This document shows, in pieces, positions 1 through 9,551 of a stretch of 18,886 nt of DNA. The stretch lies in NCBI RefSeq assembly GCF_006345805.1, contig NW_021824361.1, positions 1 through 18,886 on the forward strand, written 5' to 3'. A program made the position numbers and the translations under genes. Each line of letters begins with the position of its first letter. Within the stretch, counting starts at the first letter, position 1. The stretch comes from Octopus sinensis (Eukaryota). A model generated the notes under the pieces. That model was not told where the DNA came from and ran no database searches. It worked only from the letters and a program-made list of their open reading frames with translations.

Positions 1-483
1 GGTTGAAGGTCAAAATCCCTAGTGCGTACTATATACGGGGCTAAAAATGAAAAATATTTTCTAAGCAATGTCCAAGTCTCTATTTGCTGTCCGGCAATGT
101 TTATTCAGACACATTTTGTGATGTCGGGCGCGAAAATACCTTAAGCTAAGCCTGAAAGCAATGAAGTCATAAAAGAATCATCCATAACTTGCAGTAAGCA
201 ACATTTATTAAAATAAAAGTATTCAAAACACAGAATAACACGTAACAAAAACAATTTGCAAACATATTTACATTCCCATATAACAGTTAAGAACATCACC
301 ATTATTGTATTACGCATGCACGGAAGTGTTTGTTCGACTAGGTGCTGCTAGCTTAATTACGCACAACTCAAGTTATAGAAGGGGTGCGTGTTATACACAA
401 GTTTTAGGTTTTTCTGACGTACACCCCCCTGAAAATCCCCTGCGTATCATACTCAACGGCGGACTATACTCGAGGATTTACGG
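1..483. mobile_element. Right part of a non-autonomous Tc1/mariner-superfamily (Tc2/pogo-like) DNA transposon; left end probably just outside the window
   Basis: Ends ...GGACTATACTCGAGGATTTACGG followed by TA (484-485). The reverse complement TA|CCGTAAATCCTCGAGTATAGTCCGC resembles CCGTA-type Tc2/pogo termini. A sub-terminal motif GCG(T/G)NNTATAC recurs at about 23-36, 386-396, 441-453 and 458-470. Confidence 0.55.
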
Positions 484-773
484 TACACTGTATGAAAAAT
501 TATTGCATACCAGAAAGCAAAGAATGATATTCAAACAAACGAGGATAGAGTAAAACTTCCGTAATGAGTATATGGATTTCACTTAGAAGTAACAGCCTTT
601 TCTAGGATTCAATTCTACGCTACCTCTCCTTGAGAGTATATATTCAGTTAGAGGTTATTTTCAAGGTCTACAATCATGCAACCCCATGAAATGTGGTGCG
701 ATATGTATAAAGTTCATATGGATGAAATATGTAACTGGAATGTGAAGATCTGGAAGAATTTTCACTTTGATAT

Positions 774-899
774 ATGAGAGAAACGGTATTTAACCTAAAG
801 AATACGAATAAGAAACGAATTGGTAAGACAAAAGGAATGTTTTAAAGAGAGCTTGGGTATGTTTTACTGTCAGATCCCAAATTCATCATATATAGTTGG
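774..899 (+). pseudogene. Possible decayed P-element/THAP9-type transposase fragment
   Basis: Manual translation MRETVFNLKNTNKKRIGKTKGMF*RELGYVLLSDPKFIIYSW resembles the recalled LTxET...GFxYVLLG..QSDPxE..F..Y segment of P-like transposases. One stop and an apparent deletion; pattern match by eye only. Confidence 0.25.
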
Positions 900-1086
900 C
901 AGGTACCCTTGTAATAATGTGAGTCCGAACACTAAACGTTGACGTTAAATAATTATTAATTAATAAAAATTACTCTCTTGGAAAGGATAAAATGAGATTG
1001 ACTACCTGTGCTTAGCAGGGGAGACAACCCGGAATAATCAGTTAATTCTTTTATATCAGGTTCCTCATGTTATATATCTCTCTTAA

Positions 1087-1474
1087 GTGGAGGCGCAATG
1101 GCCCAGTGGTTAGGGCAGCGGACTCGCGGTCGTAGGATCGCGGTTTCGGTTCCCAGACCGGGCGTTGTGAGTGTTTATTGAGCGAAAACACCTAAAAGCT
1201 CCACGAGCCCCCGGCAGGGATGGTGGTGATCCCTGCTGTACTCTTTCACCACAACTTTCTCTCACTCTTACTTCCTGTTTCTGTTGTACCTGTATTTCAA
1301 AGGGCCGGCCTTGTCACTCTCTGTGTCACGCTGAATATCCCCGAGAACTACGTTAAGGGTAAACGTGTCTGTGGAGTGCTCAGCCACTTACACGTTAATT
1401 TCACGAGCAGGCTGTTCCGTTGACCGGATCAACCGGAACCCTCGTCGTCGTAACCGACGGAGTGCTTCCATTCC
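1087..1474 (+). mobile_element. Full-length tRNA-derived SINE (tRNA-Arg-like head) with 13-bp target-site duplication
   Basis: A-box TGGCCCAGTGGTTAG, B-box-like GGTTTCGGTTCCC, 3' tail (TTCCA)2. Perfect TSD ATATCTCTCTTAA at 1074-1086 and 1475-1487. Confidence 0.9.
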
Positions 1475-1716
1475 ATATCTCTCTTAAATGTAGCAATAAT
1501 TTAGAATATAATCACTATCTAGCACGATAAGTATATGTGGGACTGAGCTTTCCCTCCGGTTGTCATAAAAAAAACCAGTTTGTTTATGTGAGAGCGCTGT
1601 GTGTGCACTAGAGTGTGCGGGTAACAGTACATGAAAAATTTACAAATTCATTACAGCTTCGGTATTTATTTTATATGAACACTTACTTGAAAAGCAAAAT
1701 CAAAAAACGACATGCT

Positions 1717-1721
<5 letters not shown>

Positions 1722-1794
<73 letters not shown>

Positions 1795-1887
1795 TGTGTG
1801 TGTGTAAGTGTGTGTGTGTAAGTGTATATATACATATATATATGTATGTATCTATCTATCTAATCTATCGATATATATATATATATA
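1722..1887. repeat. Compound microsatellite (TA)n/(TG)n/(TATC)n
   Basis: Direct reading of the sequence. Confidence 0.95.
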
Positions 1888-2126
1888 CACCAGGGCACGT
1901 CAAAAAAGAAACTGACCACACAAAATTCAAGAAGTCTTTGGACAAATTCCTTCAAACAGTACCGGACAAACCACCCACACCCGGATATGTCTCCGCAAAC
2001 AATAACTCTCTGCTCGAATGGGCCTTGGTGCCCAAATCCTGAACTGAAAGACTTCACCAGGTGGTGCTATTAAGTTAGACATGGCCTGGGCCAATACTGG
2101 CCAAAACCTTTCTAAGTTATTCTAAG
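1888..2126 (+). mobile_element. 5'-truncated 3' end of a CR1/L2-group LINE (family B, distinct from the long LINE)
   Basis: Encodes KETDHTKFKKSLDKFLQTVPDKPPTPGYVSANNNSLLEW...*, homologous to the ORF2 C-terminus FKSKLDIFLSRVPDEPT...SNSIL at 15085-15220. The 3'UTR has GGTGGTGC...CATGGCC...AAAC and a short TTCTAAG repeat tail. Confidence 0.75.
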
Positions 2127-2141
2127 CTATATATTATATAT

Positions 2142-2188
<47 letters not shown>

Positions 2189-2199
2189 GTATATATATG

Positions 2200-2248
<49 letters not shown>

Positions 2249-2581
2249 GCATAGTGCCAAAGATCCCAACAATGCCATCACGCTTCAGGACCAGCTTCTG
2301 CAACAGCCTGGGTTTCAAGGGCCCACAGATTTTTAATATTCTCCCAACGAGTCTGAGGAACTTGCACAAAGTAGATGTAGCGGTTTTTAAATCAAAGCTG
2401 GACATCTCCTGTCAAGAGTCCCTGATGAACCTACGTCACGGCAAGAGGTGCAAATGAGAGTAGCTGTATCAAACTCCATTCTTCACCAAGTGCCACATAT
2501 TAGACGAGGTTCGTCGCTATAACAGTGTAGCACAAAACGGCGGTGCAGCAGCATGGCCGCAGCTCTGAGCTGAAACTAGAA

Positions 2582-2583
<2 letters not shown>
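2249..2583 (+). mobile_element. 5'-truncated 3' end of the same LINE family as 15007-17350 (family A)
   Basis: Near-identical to the reverse complement of about 15020-15356, with a few substitutions and a 1-bp deletion near 2407. Flanked by (TA)n on both sides. Confidence 0.92.
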
Positions 2584-2658
<75 letters not shown>

Positions 2659-2703
2659 TATATATATATGTAATGTAATATGTGACAATTATTCGGTAGC
2701 CAT

Positions 2704-2764
2704 GATAAAACTCCGAGTTTCGAACGCTGAGGTGGAAATCCACGCCGTCATCTCTTCAGTTGTC
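2704..2764 (-). ncRNA. Type I hammerhead ribozyme (predicted), left arm, opposite polarity
   Basis: Mirror copy: minus-strand GACAA-CTGAAGA-GATG...CGTTC-GAAA-CTCGGAG-TT|TTATC. Core intact, one C-A mismatch in stem I. Confidence 0.55.
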
Positions 2765-2790
2765 CGTCCAGAGCATTTTTCCGCTGGCCG

Positions 2791-2851
2791 GATAACTGAA
2801 GAGATGGTGGCGTAGATTTCCACCTCAGCATCCGAAACTCGGAGTTTTATC
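2791..2851 (+). ncRNA. Type I hammerhead ribozyme (predicted), right arm of the palindrome
   Basis: Stem I GATAA(2791-2795)/TTATC(2847-2851); core CTGAAGA 2796-2802; stem II G-C pair, then a bulged C and ATG/CAT, with inner GTGG/CCAC; GAAA 2834-2837; stem III ACTC-G-GAGT; GUU cleavage triplet 2844-2846. Confidence 0.7.
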
Positions 2852-3039
2852 ATGGCTACCGAATAATTGTTACATATTACATTTACAGATAAATTCCTCT
2901 ATTTATATAATATCGAGAAATCTCTTTCTTTCTTTTGTTGTCTCAACATTTTTTATCAATATATATATATATATATATATATATTGTTTAAGTAGGTGAA
3001 TGAATTATCCTATGTTTATCGTCAGCATGGAGAGGCTCC

Positions 3040-3130
3040 CTTTCTTTCCTGATGAGAAGATTGCATAATGCACCCTTTATTCCTTTGGAATGAAAACATA
3101 CTGTCTTCGAAACATATGTCGAGAGTAAAG
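3040..3130 (+). ncRNA. Type I hammerhead ribozyme (predicted) with large structured loop II
   Basis: Stem I CTTTCTTTC(3040-3048)/GAGAG[T]AAAG(3121-3130); CTGATGA 3049-3055; stem II GAAGA(3056-3060)/TCTTC(3104-3108); GAAA 3109-3112; palindromic stem III ACATATGT 3112-3119; GUC triplet, cleavage after 3120. Confidence 0.75.
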
Positions 3131-3173
3131 TAATTTTGTTAACATCTTCGTTCGACTCCATTCTTTCATTTAT

Positions 3174-3175
<2 letters not shown>

Positions 3176-3258
<83 letters not shown>
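3176..3258. repeat. (TA)n microsatellite
   Basis: Uninterrupted TA dinucleotide run. Confidence 0.97.
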
Positions 3259-3261
<3 letters not shown>

Positions 3262-3777
3262 CTCCAAACCCAATCAACCGACGTTCACATAAACAAACAG
3301 CCGAAAATAAAGACTCTTATATACAAGTTTAAACTCAGACACACTGATATAGACACATAAGACACAACGTTGATCTGATAACAACAGGATGAAGCTGTCG
3401 TATAGTTGACTTCAACCAAACACAGGACGTAAAAACAACAGACCATAGTCACACCGCTTCTTTATAAATCTCCACACTATACGTTGACATATACCTGAAT
3501 CAAACGTTAAGTAGATCAGCAATCGAAACTGAGAGGTCAAAGTTTGGGCAGATTCTTGTAGATTTGTTAAAGTGGTTGCTCAAATTTAATAACGCTGCAT
3601 TGTTACTTCCATTGTGGCACCAATCCAAAACTCTTTAACACTTGAAAAATCTTATCTTTATTTCTACTCACACCTCAACACCTTTTGTAAAAGGCTGTTT
3701 GCTATTTGTATGGGGGTTAGTTAATATGTATGCGTTTACGGAACTGTTTCATTTTAAACCAGCGTGTGAGCGCGTAC

Positions 3778-3826
<49 letters not shown>

Positions 3827-5289
3827 GGAGAGAGGGAGAGACGGAGAGAGACAGAGAGATCAGTGTGTGTGTGTTTTATATATTTGTTTCAGACAGCTTC
3901 TCATTGTGGATATGTTTCTCATTGTGAATATGTTTTTCTCCATCTTTTCATTACTCTTGCTCTCTCCAGTTTCCATTCAACCAAAAATTGAAGGAATGAT
4001 TAATTTGGCTGAATTGGTAGATCGACTTGCCAGAAATAATAGGCAAATCTCGCTAACATCATTGTCATGAAACAAAAGCCGGTAACATAGAACAGCGCTC
4101 ACCTGGATAAATTTAGTTTAAAAAATATAGTGCTAATGTAATGGATGTAATACGTTTAAGCAAATATTTATTATAGCAACAGAGTTCAAGCGATAACACG
4201 GATTTGTTACGTATTTCACGAAGAATATTAATGTCTACATAACACAGCTATATCTTGTAACACCGAATTAAGTTAAGATGTCGTATTTTGTTGTACGTTA
4301 CTGACTGTGTGTGTATGATGTGTGTCCGTTATTATTTAGTCCCAAGTGACCGAGTAAAGCTATAATCAAAGGCGTTCCAATCATGGCCATCCAAGTTTTT
4401 AATCAGACACAGTGAATCGCATTATGCTACATTCTCCCCTTCAATAATATCTAAAGCTTAAGAGATATACTGAACCCAACACTCATCAATTTGTGTTCTT
4501 TATCGGTCTATGTATGCGGTAAAGTCAATTGCTTCACTAAACCTATAACTAAATCCAACTTGATTTTCATTAACTTGCATAATGTATGTATTTCCACATG
4601 CTCCTCCAGTATGGTAATGTTTTATAAATGATTTTTGTGATTCAAACGTGTGGTCACGGATATATCTGGTTCTCTATCACGTCCACAAAAATGTAATCAT
4701 TTTTGACCAGTCTCAAAAGTTTGCTTTCTTGCGATTAGCCATCCATAATTTATGCTTTGCAGGATGGAGGATTGACGGAATCGATACACCATCGGAAGAA
4801 TGTCGGAAAAATCGTTTCGGGTCTTCACGTTCTGAGATCAAATCATTTTAGTCCTCTTTGCTTTTCATTCTCTCGAGTCGATAAAGTAATCACCAGTCAT
4901 GTGACAGATCGATATCATTGACTGTCTGCTTCTAAAGATTCTGGTCTTAGTCCCTCTACAAGGAGTTATTATTTACTCTTAGTGTACAATAAACACTAAA
5001 TGCAAATCGTGGAATTGTGCGTTGTTCATCGAGCGTTTATGGGATCTGTTTTCATTTTTGCCATCGTTCAGGCTTTATTACTGTAGAACAAAATTACTCA
5101 ATACAATACTTTAAAAGATAAATTTCTAATTCTATCAGTGACTGAATGTTTCGAAAGTGAACTTAGCGAGTTGCTTCCCTTGTTAATTGTCATCCATGTC
5201 TAAAAGCGTTTCTGCCGTTTGCCATTTCACATGCAAAATAACAAAAACATGTGACTGTACGAAGTTGATCTGAGACTTTATTAATGAAT

Positions 5290-6980
5290 GAGGGTTGAGG
5301 TCACCAACAAGGATTATTTTAGCTTTTCAGTTTTAGACACTCTTTTGCACACGTAATTTCAAAATTGGTCTATTGATGTTATGATGGCAAAGTGTTATCT
5401 CTTAGAATACTAGCGTCATCAGCAAAGTCGAAAACAAAGTGTACTACAGCAAGAAATCTACTAGACAGCCGTCTCCTGCTAAAGCAGCTATCTTCGCCTA
5501 GCAGAACTAAAGAACACCACACAATGCATACGATTATAAATGTGCTAGTGCCTCTCCCTGATGTTTACCCGAAATCCTTCATATCCATTATGTCGGCCGA
5601 AATTGTTCGAAATCAGACATTGATATTGGTGTACAAGAACACAATATCGTTAATGGATGGTATTGATAATAGAAACTTGAAATTTCTTGCATTGCCGAAC
5701 TGTTTAAGAATCGAAAACTTTTATGCGAGGCCCCTTTCGGTTGCAGTGGTGCAGGTGAGGCTATTGTTTAACCCGGGTGTTGAACCATTACTTGTGTTGA
5801 TGTTGTTGAACGGATCTCTACTGCGGTTCCTTCTGTTGATGCTGTTATTATTTTGGATGCTGTTGCTCTTGGCACTGATGCTGTAGGCGTTGTTATCGTT
5901 TGTGCTGCTGCTGTCGATTTTGATGCTGGTTTTGTTGTGTTTGAGGTGTCTACAGCGGTCGTGGCTTTCCTTTTCTTTGCATGCGGAAAAAAGACTTTAA
6001 ACGATTTGTCTTGCCACACATGTCATCTCGGCTTTTTGTCGTCGACTGCTACGAATAGTTGTTTACCATTAGGGAAGTTGATCAAGTCAGGGATGACTTT
6101 GATACCCTCCTAATCGGCGTGTATCAAAAATTCCGTTACCGTGCCTGAACAATTTTTCTTTCCTATTTAGTATTATTGTTTTATTCCCCGTGTTGTATAA
6201 TATGGCTGTCAACAGCAAAGAAATAGCCGCTTCTGTTGGTACCTCTGTTATCTTTATTTTAACCAGCCGCCAGCCGAAGTATGTTGTAATTAGCCACAGT
6301 TCTTCACTTTTTAGGTTTGTTGTTACACTTTTTTTTCTTCGGTTGGCGTTCTCACTTCAACTGTGCGAAAGCACATCCCGCAGGCGACACAAGTTTTTAT
6401 CTCACAAACTGGTGTTCTACAGTTTTTGATCTGTTCCTCTGTCGCTCGCTCCAGGCCCCACTGTTCTTTGTTGAGACACGTTTGTAGATAATAATTTTTG
6501 TTTCTTCGAATCTTTTCGTATTTCCTCTGGCATATTTAAAAATACTTTCAGTCATTCTTTGATAATTGCGCTTTAGCGTCACTTAACGTTCTCCAGTCGA
6601 TAACACGATTGTACGAAACCGTTCCCATTTTGTTTGGAAATATGAACGACTACCGTTTACATTGTATTGGTGTTTGTGTTAGTGGTGGTGGTGATAGTGG
6701 ATTTTCTGTTGGCACTGGTGGTAGTGGTGGGGTTGCTGTTTGCATTATCTCCGTTGTCCCCCCCCCCCGAAAGCTTCACGTCGTGATAGTGGTGATGGTG
6801 ATGTTGCTGTTGCTGGTTTTACCTGTGATACCTCCAGCTCCTAGTAATCCGGCGATGTTCAGGTTTTTGTTGTTGCTGTTGCTGCTGCCTATACCGCTGC
6901 CGACGCTCTATCCTGTCAGCTCACTCTCGTTTAGTGGAACGAGGGAAAAATGAGAAAGATAGTCCCAGGCCAAGGGAGAG
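5290..6980 (-). pseudogene. Heavily decayed ORF1-like (gag-like RRM + CCHC knuckle) region of an L1/Tx1-type non-LTR retrotransposon, possibly with an endonuclease remnant
   Basis: Minus-strand translation pieced across frameshifts and stops: Pro/Thr-rich N-terminus; KYFKYARGNTKRFEETKIIIYKR; ERATEEQIKNC..CGMCFRTVEVRTPTEE; SEELWLITTYFGWRLVKIKITEVPTE; EFLIHAD*EGIKVIPDLINFPNGKQLFVAVDDKKPR*HVW (degenerate Cx2C at the knuckle position); Thr-rich tail. KIILVGDLNP at 5320-5291 resembles the APE-endonuclease GDxN motif. The family assignment is from recall, not a database search. Confidence 0.5.
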
Positions 6981-7088
6981 CTGCGGGATGTGCTTTCGCA
7001 CAGTTGAAGTAGAATGCCAACCGAAGAAAAGTGTAACAACAAACCTAAAAAGTGAAGAACTGTGGCTAATTACAACATACTTCGGCTG
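6271..7088. repeat. Inverted repeat, arms 6271-6383 and 6981-7088, spacer ~600 bp
   Basis: The arms differ only by a 4-nt T-run length change, one substitution and one 1-nt indel. Confidence 0.95.
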
Positions 7089-7366
7089 TTGATGACGTCA
7101 TCTTACATATGTATCTTGTTTTGTATATTGTTAAATACTAAACATGCGTTTTATTGTTTCTTTTTGTAGTGGGAGAAAGCAAAATATTGCCCTTCACAGG
7201 ATAAAATAACCACAATGCACCAGTCAAAAATTTCGTGGTGCTCTTAATAATAAATTATAACAAAGACTATACACAGAAAACAAGACGAAACGTGGGAAGC
7301 AATGACTTTGAACGAGACTTACGCAGCGTGTTCCAAAATACGTTTGATGTATTCCGCAGCAAATAT

Positions 7367-7446
7367 GCTGCTGCTGCTGACGATGACGACTACGATGACG
7401 ATGGAGATTATCATGATGACCATGATGACGACGACGACGACTATGG
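7367..7446. repeat. Imperfect (GCT)n/(GAY)n trinucleotide repeat
   Basis: gctgctgctgctgacgatgacgactacgatgac...gacgacgacgactat. Confidence 0.85.
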
Positions 7447-7859
7447 TGCTTTTTTTTATTTCTTTTAAATGCATTTATAATAACAACATTTAAACATAAA
7501 TTGTAAATATAATATGGACAAGAAAAAAAAAAAATTCTCTTTCGATATCCGAGTGGCAGACACGTTTTTGGCATGTAAATTTGACCGGAAATTGGCAGCT
7601 AATTAAGACATAGTGAAATGTCGTCAGGAGACAAGAAGACGCATATTCACGTTACTTTTGTTTCATTCCACTTTACGAAGAGTTCATAAAGAGAGACATG
7701 AATATATATTCAAGATTTTAACTATAATTGAGTATTATGGTCGAATCTATTTACACGCATAACCTTAGCGCATGCATAATATAAACATACATTCATACGC
7801 GTAGACACACGTACCAACACACAGAGACTCACAGACACGCAACCACACACAAGCACACA

Positions 7860-7896
7860 CACGCAGACACATATATGTATACAGAGTGTGCATGCA

Positions 7897-7928
<32 letters not shown>

Positions 7929-8071
7929 GTCATTGCCTTACTAAGACTAATGAAGCCACCGGGCAAAACTTTGGGGGTCACTTCCAAATTTGTTGTAAAA
8001 AAAATAAATGTATTACTTTACTTAGATGTTCTGAGTGATCCTTCCATTTATGTGTACGTGTGTGAGTATGC

Positions 8072-8109
<38 letters not shown>

Positions 8110-8198
8110 ATGCGTTTGTATGTGCGTGTGTATGTGTGTCTATGTATACATATGTATAAATACAAAATTATACATGCATGTACGTGTCTGTCTGTCTG

Positions 8199-8233
<35 letters not shown>

Positions 8234-8346
8234 GTACATATATATATACATATATATATACATATATATACATATACATATATATATATACATACATTTA
8301 CATACATTTACTTATGTTTATACACATATATATATATGTATATATA

Positions 8347-8390
<44 letters not shown>

Positions 8391-8472
8391 ATATTTATAT
8401 ATATGTATAATATAATATATATATATATATTATATATATATATATATTTATATATATGTATATATATATATA

Positions 8473-8522
<50 letters not shown>

Positions 8523-8640
8523 TATATATGTATATATGCTTGTATATGTGCATATGTGAGTGTTGGTATACGTACATAGAAACGTACCTCCATGTGTGTA
8601 TATACGTATACATGCATTCACACACGCACACACACATATC
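7860..8640. repeat. Large compound microsatellite block (CA, GA, TG, CT, TA, TACA)
   Basis: Direct reading; it generates the overlapping YI/CV-rich pseudo-ORFs. Confidence 0.95.
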
Positions 8641-9215
8641 CATTTTTTTTTTCTCCTCTTTCTTCTTCTTTATTCTCCACCCCTTCCACCCCGCCCCCTG
8701 TATAGTTTTTCTTCCTATTTTGTTAATTCGTCTCTTCATCCGCCTCAACTTCCTTCCGCCTTACAAAAACGCCGAACCCACCCTCACGCTCTCCCTCTTA
8801 CTTCACCTCTCACATATATCTCTCTCCTCTCACTATTTCTTTTATCCTCCGTCTGTGTCACAGCATCCCCCCCCCACAACTATCCTAATATGCTCTCCCT
8901 CTCTCTCTCTCTTTCTCACCCCTCTTCCTCATATTTGTCAAAATTTCTGTACCTCTCAGTCTCCTTTCTCTCCACCTCAGTTTTTAAGTCTGCATGCACG
9001 GCACTACCTCTCTTATATTAGTCAGCTTCTCATCCTTTTCTCTCTCTCCTTTTTGTCTCAATCTCTCTTCTTGGTCACTTCATCTCTGCTTATCACTCTC
9101 ACTCTTGTTTGCCTCTCTCTCCTCTATCTGTCCTTCTCTTTCAACTGTCACTCATACCACTTTTCTTTCCGTCTCTATCCCTTCGCATCCTCGCCCCAAC
9201 AACTCACTTCTCCCA
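8641..9215. repeat. Polypyrimidine (CT-rich) low-complexity tract
   Basis: Strong C/T bias on the + strand with degenerate (CT)n runs. Confidence 0.85.
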
Positions 9216-9532
9216 TGACAAGTGATCTCAATTAGATCCATTAAAACGCGATTAAAGCTCTAACAAAATACACAAATTAAAATAAATGAAATATAGAAAA
9301 ATAAAATCACAATAACAAACACAAGAAAATAAAAACACAAATTTAAACAATTCAATTTTTTATACATTTAAAGAGACACGAGCGAGTTGGTAGCTGAAGA
9401 GGTGTGAGTTCTAACAGAGGTGGGGTAGCGAAAAATAAAACAACAACAAAGAACAACCGTTTAAGGAACTGTTATGCATAATTCGTTTCACAGGGCGCAC
9501 ATGTTCCCAAGTAAATGTAAGATAGACTCCAT

Positions 9533-9551
9533 CTAACAACAGGGGGCGCTA
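9533..9551 (+). promoter_or_regulatory. CTCF-like motif (candidate)
   Basis: CTAACAACAGGGGGCGCTA versus the recalled consensus TGGCCACCAGGGGGCGCTA: 14/19 identical, including the last 12 positions. Confidence 0.3.

Larger units (their letters stand above)
2669..2887. repeat. Near-perfect palindrome (arms ~95 bp, 2672-2766 / 2789-2883), foldback element
   Basis: The arms are reverse complements, with 7 transition mismatches and one terminal indel. Centre of symmetry 2777/2778; the short spacer can itself pair (CCAG/CTGG). Confidence 0.95.

Noticed and set aside
1087-1165. tRNA-like sequence with A and B boxes
   Set aside because: It is the SINE head: the acceptor stem does not close and it continues into a SINE body with a TSD, so it is not a tRNA gene.
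2422-2430. CTGATGA inside the LINE fragment
   Set aside because: Coding sequence (PDE codons) with no downstream GAAA or stems.
4335-4400. AAAGGCGTTCCAATCATGGCCATCC resembling the tail of another cephalopod SINE
   Set aside because: Too short and diverged to assign by eye.
5420-5450. Minus-strand FADD peptide suggesting an RT active site
   Set aside because: None of the surrounding RT motifs is present; likely chance.
5392-5886. 164-aa + strand ORF, and + strand ORFs 5853-6113, 6190-6429 and 6609-6953 with hydrophobic runs
   Set aside because: These are antisense shadows of the Thr/Gln-rich minus-strand ORF1 relic; the Leu/Val runs come from (GTT/GCT/GGT)n.
7875-8748. Many long overlapping ORFs rich in YI, CV or HT dipeptides (also near 1615-2815, 3136-3927, 9980-10306, 12050-12480, 17271-18060)
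   Set aside because: They are translations of (TA)n/(TG)n/(CA)n microsatellites, which lack stop codons in some frames.
8456-9235. 259-aa ORF, the longest in the track
   Set aside because: It consists of a microsatellite plus the CT-rich tract; low complexity, no domain motif.
9394-9437. CTGAAGA...CGAAA hammerhead-like words
   Set aside because: No stem II, stem III or cleavage triplet can be formed.
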